Shown here in pieces: positions 10,360 through 24,329 of a stretch of DNA of 64,000 nucleotides. Each line of letters opens with the position of its first letter. Position 1 is the stretch's first letter. A model generated the notes under the pieces. It saw only the letters and a list, made by a program, of their open reading frames with translations. It was not told where the DNA came from and did not search any database. Origin of the DNA: Dicyema japonicum (lineage: Eukaryota > Animalia > Dicyemida); contig RDEW01000023.1 in assembly GCA_011109175.1 (NCBI GenBank), positions 283,225-347,224 of the forward strand, in the 5' to 3' direction. The position numbers were made by a program, and so were the translations under genes.

Positions 10360-13340
10360 TTATTATTATTATTATCAGCACTGCCGAGAACACATAAAAA
10401 AACAAAAGTCAATTAAGGTTCCCTTTTGCCGCGCCGGCCACCCTTTGCACCAATCGCATCCAAAGGCCTCTCCGTTTCGCAAGATCTCTTAGTTCATCGA
10501 GGTCATCCATTGTTTTCAACTTCCTGCCTATGGCTTTTAGGTCCTCATTTAGCGTGATAGGTAAGGTTGTTCTAGGCCTTCCTCGGAATGATTTTGTTTT
10601 TTCCATGAAATATTCATCTATTACGTGATTTGCCGGGACATCCAGGTCCATCCTCAGAATGTGACCGAACAATCTCCATCTCGATCTTCTGATTTCCATG
10701 GATAATGGTTTTGTTTTGCTCAACTTATATAATTGTTCGTTTTTGATCTTCATTTTGTAGTGAATATTAAGTGCCTTCCGAAGCATACTGCGGTCGAAAC
10801 TGTCAATAGACTCCATTGCCCGTTTAGACAAACCCCATGTCCCACAGTTATATATTAGGATAGGCACAACAATGTATTTGTATATCATAAGCTTTATTTT
10901 TCCACAAAGTCTTCTTCCCGAACTCCATATTTTAGATAGGCTTCTGAAAGCACCAGATGCGAGGATTTTCCGTCGAGCTACATCTTCCTCGTCCCCAAGA
11001 GCGATCCGACCTTCTTATGTCTTCTCCACGTCTCGTCGGATATCCTCTCTGCACGGCTGAATGATGTAAATTCCGTTTTGTCAGTGTTTATCTTCAAGAA
11101 CCATTTTTGGAAAATGTTAGGAAGATGTTCGTTTATGTACTTGAGAAATTCAGAATCATCCGATACAAAGTCCAGATCGTCTGCGTAAATCAACTCATAA
11201 TATTGTCCTTTAATGGATAATCTGAAATCCCTCAGTGCAGCCTCAAGATAAATAATAAATAGAATAGGAGACAACGAATCCCCTTGTGGAACTCCCCGAG
11301 TGGTTTTAAAAAAATTGGAAGCGGTATTTCCGATTTTGACAGCCAGGTGAGTATCTTCTAGGAGCAAGGAAATAATTCTAACATCATCCGTGTCTAGAAA
11401 TGTATTCAGAATGTTAATAAGTAGTCCCCTGTGTACAGAGTCGAATGCACGACTCATGTCGATCCCCAGAACTTCTATGCATTTTTTGTATTTCTGACAT
11501 ATAGCGCCAGACCATCTGTGCGTCCATACTATGTCGGCGGTTGATCTTTTTTCCCTGAAACCGCTTTGTCCAGGCGATAAGAATTTGTCGACTTTCCCTT
11601 TGATTCGATTTAATACAATGATAGAGAGGGTTTTCCGTAAGACCGATAATAGAATTATTGGTCTTAGACTGTTTGCGGGACCTCTAGGTTTCCCAGGTTT
11701 TGGTATTGGAATTAGCCATCCTCTCCCAATTCCAAGATCGTTTTTGTCTTCAAATGCTTTATTGAGTATGATGGTGATTATTTCACCCAATTCAGTGGGT
11801 CCACATTTTATTAACTCTGCAGGTATATTATCAGGACCAGCCGCTTTCCTGTAGTTTAGTTTTCCTATTGCCTTGATAGTTTCCGCGATAATAATGGGGC
11901 AGTTAAGAGGAGCCGTTGATGTTATTGGAGATTTGTTTTCAATTTCTTGATTGTTAAAGATGTCATAGTAGTGTGAAGAGACTATGTTCGCCTTTTCAAT
12001 AACATTCAATACTGATCGTCCATGTTGGTCGTGAATAACAATATTCCCTGGTCGTTTCTTTTTGCTAATAATCCGAATGGCTTTGAACATTTTGGATCCG
12101 TTCTTATATTTCTTGATTTCATCGACCTGTTCCTCCACTTCCTTTTTTACTTGATATTTTTGAAGTTTTTTGATTTTTGTTAAAATTGAGTTACGAACTA
12201 TCCTTAGCTCTTTTTTTAGACTCGGTATATTTGAATTATTAATTCTAATCCTCAAATTCTTTTGTTCTGAAGATAAGTATGATATTTCTTCGTTGTTATA
12301 TTTGAATTTGTTTTTGTGAGTAGTCCCCAAAACCAACGACGCGGTATTCTTCATTGCAACTCCAACGTCATTCCACAAATCCTGTGCACTATTGTTTGTA
12401 TTCATCTTGCTTAATTCCTTTCTGAGTTTTTCGCCATACTCTTTCATCTTTATTTCATTGCTTATTAGAGTTTCTGTATCCAATCTTTCGAATTCCGTTT
12501 TTCCATATCTTCCAGGTTTGTACAAACTTCCCAAAGAGAACCGAGTGATCACCAATTTGTGATCACTTGATGTTTCAAGCCCATCGTATGATCTCGAGTT
12601 TCGTATTAGGTTTTTGTTCCTTCTTCTGCACAAGATATAATCAATTTGATTATATATTTTAATCAAGTTGCCATTTTTGTCCTTTCGTGAACCAGTCCAG
12701 GTAGTTTATGTCTTGCTGGGTGTTCAAAAGCAGTGTTCGTAATAAATAAGTTGTAGGATTCGCAGAATTGAACCAATGAGACACCAGAGGAATTTCGACG
12801 ATTCCGAGCATGTGATCCAATACAAGTCTCCCCATTCCGTACTTTACCAACTCTGGCATTCCAGTCTCCACCAATAAACGTCAGATATGACGACGAAAGT
12901 GAGTCATATGTCCCTGTCAAACATGAGTAAAACGCACCAAGTTCTTCAGGATTGGCATCAGCCCGGACAGCGGTCGGAGCATAAACATTGATGATAGAAA
13001 TAACAGAGTTGGGCTTTGTTCCAAACTTCAGTTGCATGACTGCAATACGATCCGAGACAGCCCATACGCGTGTCACACGGTCGTAAAGATCCCTGTGAAC
13101 CGCAAATCTAAGACCATAATGTCGGCAGTCAGAGTCCAAAGTGATCATGTAGTAATCATCCAATTTCGTAATATAATATGCTGTAATCTTTGTTTTTTGA
13201 ATGCAGCAAATACTGACACCATGGATAGATAAATCACGTGCGAGTTGATGTTTTTTGGTGATGAACTTCAAGCCTCGAGTGTTGAAAGTACCAAGAGAGA
13301 ATGGGCAACGGGTAATTAAGCGCGAAGAAGACATATTTTC
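10360..13340 (-). mobile_element. Near full-length RTE-like non-LTR retrotransposon (APE + RT), two frameshifts
   Basis: ORF 12663-13334 APE (GTFNTRG, GGDWNARVG), ORF 10978-12666 RT (QSGFR, DMSRAFDSV, GVPQGDSLSP, YADD), ORF 10409-10888 C-terminus; (taa)n tail at about 10360-10375. Confidence 0.92.
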
Positions 13341-13409
13341 AAAGAGAGTTTCTGAAAGTTGATAAATTTTGTTTGTTTATTGGATTAATTTATTATTTTT
13401 TTATATATA

Positions 13410-15270
13410 GTTTTCCGATATATGACCGATCCTGAAGTCTGGGTAGTCGAAGGATTCCCCCAGCCTCTTACAGACTCATCCTTCATCTGCGAAATTCTCG
13501 ATGCGATCTGCTTATGACCCCTTTTCACATGGATTCAAGAAGGGTCTTTCAGCGACCATTTTACCAACCTTAAACGTCTAACTCTCGGGAGAAGATATAA
13601 TCTTTTGTCAATTCATTCACTTACAAATATTTGGAAAAACTCACTGATTAGACCAAAACATTTCATCTAACTTTCAAACATTCGTCTCCTTTACTTTCAT
13701 CATATAGAAAAGTTCTGAAAAGTTTTTTCTGGTGAGAATTTCTCATGTTATGCCAATATCTAAGTTCCAGTATTGTTTTTGAGCATTGCGATCTACCATG
13801 ACCCACTTTGGATCTGTCTTCCAATTTATCATTGATGATTTCAATCGGAAAACGCATTTACAAACGTCTCTAGTATAAATCAACATACAGATGCCCTTCG
13901 ACTCTATTTCAAGGCCGATTATCATCTGCATGTCAAACCCGAACATAACGATATGCCAACAACTGAGGACCATAATACCATACTTCTATCCTATGCGTGC
14001 GATCTTAATATTGCCGCTAAAATATCATTTCCTCAGTGGCTGCCGTAATGGTCCAGCCACACTTTAACTTGGTTTATGACTGGCTATCCGCCAACATATT
14101 ATGTTTATCGCCATCCAAATCCCAGTTCATCCTTTATACTACAGATAGGAAGTGCAAAAGTAAATCTGCATTCTTTCACGGAGATATCCGCAATCTTTAA
14201 AAGAAATGCCAGAAGATCCTTGATGTCACCTTAATGCATTAATGAGGTTCACTCGTCATGCTGATGAAGTCAAAACTAGGAAGCTTAGGAAGTGGAATAT
14301 TTTTATTGTACGCAAGATCAACCTCCTTTCTGTGATTTAGAATATCATCTGTCACAGTCCTATTAATTAATCCGCGAATAAATTAATTGTGGTTCGCAAA
14401 TTACATAAAAAATATGAAATTTCATAAAATTTTCATTGGATATTAAAATATATCTATAAATTTTAATAATTATTCAACTGGATACACTTAATTAGTTGAT
14501 TACTTTAACTTCCTTCTCGGTGTATCCGGGTTAATAAATAAATAAAAATTAATTGACTTTTTACTGCTTATGCAGATGATATTATTATTGCATCCGGGGA
14601 CCAAGACGTTCAAGTCGCCTCGGAGAAATTTCAATTACTTGTAAACTGCTTAATCTACTGGTTAAATGAAAACGGTCTGCCGATCAGCCCGGAAAAATTG
14701 GTTACGTCTCTCCTTACCTCTGATGAGAGAATATCAACAGGACAGTGGATATAGAAACAGATAAAAGCAAGTTGCCATTCCAAAAATGGCAGAAGATCCT
14801 AGGAGTAGTATTCGACACTCATGACTTTTTCGCGCCACATGGGAAATGTTTTAAACAAATGTGAAAAGAAAATCAACTTCTTGAAGGGGATCTCTGGTTT
14901 ATGAAAGATCGGAAGTCATCCCATTCTGAAATCACTTTACACAGCCAGTACGTAAATTTCTTGGACGAATGCCCAGAGAATTGCGGCAACCCAAAAAAGG
15001 ATTCCCCCAGCCTCTTATCAGCAAACCGTGATAGAATACTGGATCAAAGGCGATCTAAATTCTATACCTATCCCCTTGGAAGACCTAATAAGAAGAAAAG
15101 GAGGCCAAACTCAACGATACCAGAAGATCACTCGTCCACTGCGTGCTTGTGATGGATCGAGGGGAGACCATCGGGCCAAACTGAGAGCCCTATTGGAATT
15201 CGCCGGGATCACATAATTTCTTGTTTTTGTCTTTAACTGTGGTCTTTTGAAATAAATTTCAATTTCAACG
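13410..15270 (+). mobile_element. Cluster of decayed Vingi-like LINE fragments, including two 3' ends
   Basis: YADDIII (14570), QKILGVVFD, KINFLKGISG; terminal stem-loops at 14478-14530 and 15203-15250. Confidence 0.65.
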
Positions 15271-15271
15271 T

Positions 15272-15495
15272 GCCGGGTGGCTTAGTGGTTAGATGTCGGG
15301 CTTAAGTGGCTTAGGCTACTGGTTCGAATCTCGCTGCTGCTCACCTGGTGGAAGGTTCCACGCATCTACGATGCTAAAAGGGTTTGACGAGTGACGCCGT
15401 CATCAGTGGAAAAAATCTTTTTTTTACTTAAATAAAGTGTGTCTTGCCTATGCAGAGATATAAATATTATGGCTCTCGTGAAGCAACCCAAAAAA
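15272..15495 (+). mobile_element. tRNA-derived SINE, internally shortened copy
   Basis: A box tggcttagtgg, B box ggttcgaatc; near-identical head to 49119-49255 and shared tail tatggctctcgtgaa. Confidence 0.8.
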
Positions 15496-15499
15496 ATCT

Positions 15500-16860
15500 G
15501 AATTTGAGTTCCGATTCATTCTACCTTTTTCATAGAAAACTCTGCGAAATCATCCTAGGGGTTATGGAGACTCATATTGATTCTCTCGACTTCCTTGGGT
15601 GTGGGATTTTGGTAAACCGGGTGAGGGAGTTATTGGAAGGCAAGAGGACTAATTTACGTCAGTATGCCGACAGGATGAGTTTTTTGGACAGTCATGTCGC
15701 CTTTTTTATGCTGAAGAATTGTCTCCTTCTCCCAAAACTCCTTTTTATTCTACGGGGATCCCCATGCTACGCCGAAAAAGACCTTCTATCGTTAATTGAT
15801 ATGGATATCCGGTCGACGATGGGGTCCATTCTTAATGTTCGTTTTGATGATTTCGGATGGTTACAGGCCTCACTCCCTGTAGCCTGCGGTGGTTTGGGTC
15901 TTTCTCTTCCTTCGGACGTTGCTTTGGGCGCCTATTTATCTTCGTTCGGCTCGTCAAGGCGTTTAGTGGATACGGTCCTTCACTCTACTTCCAGACTAAA
16001 CGTACCGCTGACGCCGTCGAGAGCCTGGGATGAATGGATGAATTTGTAACTGAATGCTCCGGTCAATTATGATAAGCAAAAGTCCTATTTGTTTTTTGTC
16101 TTCGAAAAGAAGAAAGATTCCCTTGAAAAGACGGAAGATGTAAGAAGGCTTGCCTGCCTCAAAACAGCCATTTGTCACTCGACGGGGGCCTGGATGAACG
16201 CTTATCCATCTGTCGAAATTGGAAACCTGTTGGATGATGAGGCTGTGAGAATAGCTACCTCGCTTCGTCTTGGTCTTAAATTGTTTGCCGAAAGAAAATT
16301 CCGCTGTGGACGTTGGATCGATCCTTTTGGTTATTATCTTTTGTCATGAAGATGAGTGCGGGTCGTTTCCCAAGGAACTCTTGTCTTAACATGACATTAA
16401 AGAATTCCCTTGCCTCTGCTGGACACCATTGCTTGTTAGAACCTGCTGGTCTTTCCCGAAACGATGGAAAACGCCCTGATGGGATGACGACTTTTCCATT
16501 CGTCAACGGACGAAACCTGATCTGGGACGCGACGTGTGTTGATACTTATTCCCCGTCTAATTTAGTTGCTTCTGCTTCAGACCCAGGACATGCTTCAAAG
16601 CAGGCCGAGGAACGAAAGAGGAAGAAGTACCAGAGAATTTCGGAGGAGTATCTTTTTGTTCCATTCGCGGTGGAAACGTCAGGAATCCTTGGCCCCAAGC
16701 AGATGAGTTGGTTCGTAAGATCGGCTCCATGATTCAAGCTGTGACCAAGGATCCGCGAGAGACTGGTTGGTTCCGAGAACGTATCTCGTTGGCTATTGTT
16801 AGGGGAAATAGCATGGCCATTCAGATGCCTTAATTTAATTTTTATTCATTTTATAATAAA
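15500..16860 (+). mobile_element. CRE-like non-LTR retrotransposon, 5'-truncated
   Basis: LLLPKLLFILRGSPC, QASLPVACGGLG, GAWMNAYP, DGKRPDG, WDATCVDT, FAVETSG. Confidence 0.85.
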
Positions 16861-18099
16861 ATTTCTTTCATAAAAAAATAGAAATAAAATATTTTATGTC
16901 TCATTTGACTTTCTCACGAGTTTAGAACAACAAATGAGCATTTTCTGCCCAATTGGCAAGTAAATCATAACTTCATAAATGTGCTCCTTGGAGCTCTTTC
17001 TCCTCATCGCCAATTCTTTATTTACTCAAAATCAACCACGAAAATATAAACATCAGAAAAACGCATTTGAAGAAATTCAAGATCTTTCAGTCCTCAGCAA
17101 TTGGAACTCAAAAGTTTTCACTTTCCTTCAACCTTGCCTCTTTGATGAAAAGAACGGATGTGACGGTTCATCTCACGTGAACACCCTCCAATTAAGTGAG
17201 AGATAACAAATGGTCTCTTCTAGTGTTATCCTGGCACTGGGTGTCTCCTAAGGAGAATAATAAAAATAATAACACCAGAGACCACGGTTACAAAAACTAA
17301 CTAATTACGTGATCCCAGCATACTCTAGCAGAGATCTCATCTCGGCCCGATGCTCCTCCCCTGAGGAAAATGGATAACGTTGATAACGTCACTCAAATAT
17401 TAATTATAAATTTAATAAATTTAATTATTTAATATTTAATTATTAATATTTAATTTTAATTTTTCAGTAAAATATTTAAAATCGAGACTAAATAGGATAT
17501 TGAAACGAACTTTTAGTGTTATGTTGACAACAATTTTGGTACTAAAATTTTAATATTTAGATTTGTGTGCTAATAACTTTAAATTCAAGTTGCAGATATA
17601 AACTTTATAATGGTTGTTATGTTAATCCTAATATTTAGATACTTGTTCATATTCTGTCAATAAAGTCGATAACAGTCAGGCATTTATAAATAATTCTTTT
17701 GAAAGAATCGTTACTCCAAGATTAATTCATTTTTTTAATATTCAAAATTGAATAGTTAAATTATTTTTAAGTTTATTCTTAAGAAATGTCAAAAATATAG
17801 TCTACCTATGTTTATCATTGAGAAAGCCTTTGTCTATTTTCTTTGATGTGCATAGACAAAGTGACGAACTCAGGAGATATCGGAAACTCTTGTTCGGAAC
17901 AAAGGAAGGAAGTTCAGAATATACGAAAACCCCAAGTTCATATCCCATCCGGCCAAGGATTGAAAGAATTCGAAGGATCATTTGTTCGATGTAGCACGTG
18001 CAGGATAATAGTTAATATGATTGATTAAATTTTTTAATAATCAAAATTTAATGGAAGGAAGTAAGTTAAAAAATTAAGTTTAAGAGTAACAGATTGGTT

Positions 18100-19138
18100 G
18101 AATAATTTTAAACGCTAAACAATACCATGGGGGTTCTTTCGAAATTTATTTTATCAGTTATCTGATTCAAAAATTTTTTTATCGGAAAAAACTGGAATTT
18201 ACCCTTGGTTTTCCCCTAATTTAATTACTGTTTTGAGTTTGATGAGTAATAAAAATTCTCTACTTTCCACGTAATAATTATCATGTTATACTCAAGAGAC
18301 CGGATGGCTCCTACTATGTGAAGAAGCCAATTTCTAGTTTTTGAGTCATAACCTAAAAAGAAATTGTTGTCATAGCTGAAAAACCTTAATAATACACAAG
18401 TAAATCTATATTTTAAAATTTTAATTTTTTAGATTTGTTATCAACTAATACAGATATGAGAAGTCGCAAGGTTTTTATGAACGAAAGTCTATTTATCACT
18501 TCGATCAGTAAAAAGAGTTTGAACAGGTGTATACAAAAGATCGAAAGCTGTGAACTCGAGGATCCTACTTTCGGTGATCTTTACAAGACAGTAGGCCGAA
18601 AAAGACTCAAGAAAAGGTCCGAAGTTACACTCAATCCATAAATGCTGAGAAAATTTGGCAGAAAGGGGAGTATTTTCATCAAGAATGTTAGGGTTTAGAA
18701 ATAGGCCGTTATTATTTTTAGATGAAACCGGGTTTAATTTGCATACATCAATTAATTATGGGTATTCCCCAATTAGATTTCATCATTGTGATGAAATTAA
18801 AGATTTCTTTATTAGGAAAAGTGTTACAACATTTTATTTACCCCCTTATTTAACTGACTTGAACCCAATTGAAAACTTTTTTTTGTGTGAAATCTCGTCT
18901 AAATGTAATTAGACCAAGAGCAACTGTAAGAAGAGAATTGCTAACAACTATCGGATTTGTTATGAGTGGTCTCGAAACCGAGAATTTGTCCTCATATTAC
19001 AGTTTTTGGGAAAGGGTAAATAGAATTAATAACAGATTAATTGAATAAAATACTTTTTTCCTAAATTATTTATTAGTATAATATATATAACTTGGACATC
19101 ATTTATGGGAATTGGGTCAACATGTATGGGATTGAGTA
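18100..19138 (+). mobile_element. Tc1/IS630-type transposase remnant with terminal repeat
   Basis: LFLDETGFNLH and LPPYLTDLNPIENFF motifs; right end matches 7320-7398. Confidence 0.8.
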
Positions 19139-19139
19139 A

Positions 19140-19480
19140 ATAACAATTTGGGTATTAACTCAGGATAGTATTCCAATTTTAAAGACCAGTGATAAAACTA
19201 AACTAACTAATCCCGTGATCCTGGCACGTGGAAATAGAGCCCACGTTGAAGCGCATTGATCCATTTTCCAGGAAGATTTTGTCGAAACTAGAACTCGTCG
19301 CCAGATTAATAAATAATCTTCCAGTGGAATGAAGAGGTGAATCCTTTGAATGTCGGCTAAGCATTGGGTATATCTTAAGTTAATTGTTTCGATGACGTCA
19401 TCACAGGAAAAAAGAAATATCTTCAATCGCTTAGCCTCATAATACCACATAGCACTACGCGGAAAAGTTATACATAACTT
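19140..19480. mobile_element. Vingi-type 3' stem remnant (minus) joined to an RTE C-terminal fragment (plus)
   Basis: 19250-19480 is the reverse complement of the RTE fragment at 54680-54900. Confidence 0.55.
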
Positions 19481-19789
19481 GCAATCGTCTTCTCAGCGGT
19501 ATCTCGTATTTTGCACACTAGGTTATCATATATTCACTCAAAAAATCATTTAGACTGTCCAGAAAGAAAACTTAATCACCGATTTTCTTGATTTTTTCAA
19601 AAAGTGAGATATGTTTCTTTTTCGGAGAGACATACCACCCTATTTGCATTTATATGTATGGAAGAAGATGATGACTCACTTAAAGACAAAAAAATGAACA
19701 TAAAATTTACAGGCATAGGAATGGATAGAAAGCCTTTTTTCGTATCTAAGATGTTTTCCGTAGAATTTTCTTTCGACACAATATATCGT

Positions 19790-20600
19790 TAAAGAGCAAC
19801 TTTCTTTACGGCTTCTAATGTGAAGAGGTCGATATTCCCTATAATGGGAGATACACACTTCATCTATCATCAAATTCTCATCTAATGAGTCTTCTTCTAC
19901 ATAGTCGAATGCCTTTTTAAAATAAATCCAGGCAATCCATGCACAAAAGAGAGTATTTCGATGTTTATCGTTAACCATCAGTTGTAAAAAGATCTTTATG
20001 TCCTTTAGTCCCCAATTGATAGTCAAAAATGAGATGAAGCACTTCCTTTTAACTTTAACAAACTATATTAACCAAGGAAAGCAAAGAGGGTATTAATTTG
20101 AGGCTACTCACCACTAGTTTTGCCATAGCTTGGACTTTTCTCTGCGACCTCAGATCTCTCTTATCGTTCATTCTGTGCTGCGCCTAGTCAAGGATGGTTA
20201 TCTTTTTTAGGAAGCTTGCAATCCATTTCTCTGTTAATTCTCTATCGACACTAGTAAAAAATCTTCATCCTCATCTAACGTAGCGTAGGCCAATCCTGAT
20301 CCATACTTTCCTCGATTTTTCAAGAAGCAAAATAAAATGCTCTTTGTATGCAGTGTAATACAATCCTTCGAGTCATTAAATGAGCGATGGAATGATCGTA
20401 CGTGAAAAAAATAAAAATAAAAATCCGTATCGGGTCTTAATTTCCTCATACATAAGATCGCATGGTTTGCTTTTTTCCCTCGGCAACTCGTATAGCGTAC
20501 TCCCAGTTTTCTCAAAAGCTGTTTGAGATGATTCAAGATTTCACAGTATTGATTCCACACAAGGAACCTTGCTAATTTTTTAGAAAAACTTTCTTATGAC
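19790..20600 (-). mobile_element. R4/Dong-like RT fragment
   Basis: AWIYFKKAFDYV (RT motif) in ORF 19676-20026; the extent beyond 20050 is uncertain. Confidence 0.45.
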
Positions 20601-21149
20601 ATTTTTAATCCTTGGAGAGCACACCAATCTTTTATCTTTTCCATATATACATTGAGTATCCACTCCGAGATCATACTCGATCTCGTCACATCAGACAGTA
20701 TTACGTAGTTTGCGTTTATCAGAGATCTCGTACTTTGTTACCTCGGCGACGCGAAACTGGCCATTTGAATGTCAAATAATAGAGGACTCAAATTTGATCC
20801 CTGTGGGACTTCTCTCTTCAATGATATATATTTGACAAATAACGTCAGCATCTATCATAGGAGTTTATTGCTTCTAGGAACAATTTTACCAAATTCACGA
20901 AACCCGAACACTTATGTCGTTTTCTAAATACCTTATTAAAGTGAGTTTTTTGGTGAGGAAAGGATAAATTAACTTACAATGTTTACAAGTAAAGTTTTAT
21001 TTTTAATATATATCAGTGAAATAATCAAATAAGTACCCGAGAGGGAGTCGAACCCTTGAACTTTGCGTCTTCGATAGAATACCGTGAGTGTTTCAACTTT
21101 TCCAAATTAGATTTTAGCTATTTATATTTCGAATTTCAATTATTGATTG

Positions 21150-22270
21150 CTTCACATTTCAATTTTGAAGGTATGAGTAAAATTCTGGCGATAGATTTTT
21201 ATTTGAGATATCAAAAATACTTAATATCCCAGATTTCTGAAGCTTTTTGATATATAGTTTTTTATATTGCACCGATCTGATGAAAATTCTATGCTGTTCA
21301 GATCTGTCTGTATGAGATTTTTTTCAATTGAATAATCGACTAGTTAGGTATTTGAAATCATTTCAATTAAAACCAAATAGTTTGAGCAGATTTCGGTTAA
21401 ACTTGAAAAAAAACATTTGAATATTAACTGATTTTTTGGCCTAAAATAATTTAAAATCAAAACATTTTTGATTAAAACTCCATCTCCTTCAGATTCAGAG
21501 ACAATTTTAATAATTTCTTGAAGATTCTAGGAGTAATATTTGGCTGCTTTTAGCCAGCTTCCCCATCTTAATGACAACAACTTCAGGTGGATTTCCTATT
21601 TGTGAGAACATTTCCCAGCGTCTTTAAAAAGCGAGTTCCATTGACTTGAGCTTCATCACAAACCAATAAAACATATTCCCCACTATTAAATAACTTCAAA
21701 AAAATAACATTAATTGATTCTGAATAGTATCTATTTTACATTTTGAGATTTCTTTTATATTTGACCTACATGTTGATTCGGATGGCAAATGATATGTTTC
21801 ATCTTCAAAAAGGCGTATGAGAGAAGGGTGTCTCATTTCGTAAATTGGGATATTTGCCTCCAAAAATGCTTCTGTTACTTTCATAGCCCAAGTTTTCAAA
21901 GTATCGGTTATCTCAGAAATGAATGTGTACGAACTCTGAGATGAGTTGGATTGAACTCAAAAATACTGTGCCCTTTCAAATGTCTTTTTGGAGAACGATG
22001 TGCATCAACAAAAAATTTTGTGTCACATCGTACAACATTCGAGGAATTGGGGCAAAATAAATTCCCCTCTCCGTCAATAATAAACTCTGGGAATTTTTTT
22101 GCATAAAAAGAAATTTTCTGTGAAATACTCCTTTCTACCGATACGAGAGAAAAAAAATATAGCACGTTTTTTTAACTTTTTATTGTTAATTAATGTCACT
22201 GTCACATTAATGCAGACGGCATATATATGGACAGCATCAATATGTCATTTATATTAATTACGTCCATATA
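21150..22270 (-). mobile_element. Decayed hAT-like transposase (BED-like N-terminus)
   Basis: GNLFCPNSSNVVRCDTKFFVDAH..KRH and EAFLEANIPIYEMRHPSL..LPSESTCR, then IPPEVVVIRWGSWLKAA-like sequence. Confidence 0.6.
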
Positions 22271-22749
22271 AAATGTATTTTAATTTTTTCTAAGTCCCAT
22301 TTCAAACCTATTTTTGATGGTTCTAGCGGCTTCTGGAAAACTAAGATAGACACCGAAACTAACCTAACCTCATTTTTGAAAATTATTGATTAATTATCAT
22401 ATTGTTAATTATATTTAGAGATTTTCCATTTTAAAATAATCATTTTTAATTGTAAAAAAACTAATAAATTTTAATTGTAAACTTTTTAAGTTTGAGATAT
22501 GAATATCCTAACTCGATTTCGAAATCAACCCTAACCAAACCCTAATTGTCGAAAGCCGATTTGATATTGTACCCTATGCGGCCTTCGGTCGCGGTGTATT
22601 TGACTCAGTTTTTTTTATTAATACCATCTTTAATACTTTTTTATTACAATTTCTAGTCTTAAGAGTAACTCTAAATAACATTTTTATTTAAACTTAATTA
22701 TCAAACCGTGTACGACATAATAAAAAATAAAGTGTCAACTATTTATTTT

Positions 22750-24140
22750 AAAATTTTAGCAAGTTTCGAGATATTTACATTTTTGATTACATTTTTTCCA
22801 TATTTTCTAGATCATAATTATGTACTTCTTGATGAATTACTGTATACATATTTGTTTGTATTTCATTAAACAAAAGATACTTTCGGTTTGGCACATTTCC
22901 ATCGTAATCATGTCAATAATCACTTGGATACTTCGGTTTGACACATTTTCATCATACCACGTTTATATTTTCCTCATCATATCGCCATTTTCATTGTTTC
23001 TTCATTTTCTCGCCTGCTTTTTGAAGATTTTCCAGAATCTTTATATTATGTTGTTCATCTTCCGAACTTTCATTGTTTTCGTAATTTATTTCTTCTTCTG
23101 TGTCGGTTCAGTCGAATGCCATTAATGCGTTTATTTCATTTTCCTTTAGTTTTTTTAATTCCCATAAAACTTTGAAAGGGAATATTCTTCGTCGTGTCAT
23201 GTTTTGTTCGATTGTAATCATATACAATCTTCTTTATGTAAAAGAAAACTCCAAAACTTCCAGCTGAAGCACTTGTTGAGGACATCCATCGTTTAATTGA
23301 TTAGTTGAACCTATTTATTATAGCTTTAAAATAAACCTTTCAACTTGTCCTTGTACCCATGGTGCTCTAGGTCTGCCACAGATATGCTTTATTTTTAAAA
23401 ATTCACAGAGCTCATCATTTTCAGAATTGCGAAACTCCCTTCCGTTATCAGTTCGAAGAAAAACGGGTTCTCCAATAACGTAAAATATATTCTCAAGAAG
23501 AGATGAAATTTCCAATGCACTTTTATTCTTTGCTAGTTGCACAACATCATACTTAGTGAATGAGTCAACGACCACTAGCACCTTCATATAAATAATTATT
23601 GAAGTTTACACAGGAGTTTGATCGATTTGTTTATGAATACCTTCTGAGATCTAAAAAATCTGCAATATAGAGGTCTCATGGACCTCGAGTAAAATTAGAG
23701 TGACGGGTAGCTATGTTGCCATCAATTTTTTTGACTAATAATAAATAACCAATACTTGGCAATAAACACATTTGTTTAAAACAAAACGGATATCTTCTCT
23801 CATTATGTTGTAGAAACTATTCCTCCATATACTACTAAGTCTATCTCGGCCAAAATGGTTTTTATTATGCTCAGACTTCATAAAGCAGATACACTACCTC
23901 AATTATCGTTAATTTCAGTTCCTTATCTTCAACTGCAGAGAATCGTAATTTTAGGTCGTTCTTCAGAAAAAATGCTTGACCGTCTTCAAAAACAAATTTT
24001 TTCCATAGTTCTTTTAATCGAAATCGTTGTTTCCTGTTTAATGAATTTTCCGCTATTGATGAATTTTGAAATTTCTGAATTTTTTAAAGTTGTTCCCTAG
24101 TCAATTCCAACAAACGCATCAGACACGTGTAATTAAAAAA
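22750..24140 (-). mobile_element. Ginger-like (rve integrase) DNA transposon remnant
   Basis: VVDSFTK..LRTDNGREF..GRPRAPWVQGQVER; no RT or gag nearby. Confidence 0.7.
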
Positions 24141-24329
24141 TAATTAAAAATATAAGATTATAATAAAATTTATTATAATTGCGAAAGGTTGCAATTTTAA
24201 TTGCAACGTCTAATAAGACAAAAATTGCGAAAGGTTGCAATTTTAAATTGAAAAAAAAATATAATTAAAATTAATTATTATTCACTACTTTATTTTTTAA
24301 GTGTTGATTTATATTAAAGCAAAACATAA

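Noticed and set aside
11531-11854. Antisense ORFs over RT/endonuclease regions (also 850-1119, 45818-46171, 49774-50358)
   Set aside because: Shadow frames of clear retroelement ORFs.
14260-14300. Hammerhead ribozyme core (ctgatga; also 14721, 21277, 55672)
   Set aside because: No matching GAAA core with three stems could be built.
15272-15345. Functional tRNA gene
   Set aside because: A and B boxes are present but the acceptor and anticodon stems do not pair; the sequence continues into a SINE body with a TSD in the 49119 copy.
21033-21105. tRNA on the minus strand (GGGTTCGACTCCC)
   Set aside because: Only a T-arm/B-box is recognisable; no D arm or acceptor stem.
22820-23125. Hydrophobic 101-aa ORF as a membrane protein
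   Set aside because: Antisense to the Lys/Glu/Asn-rich tail of a decayed integrase.
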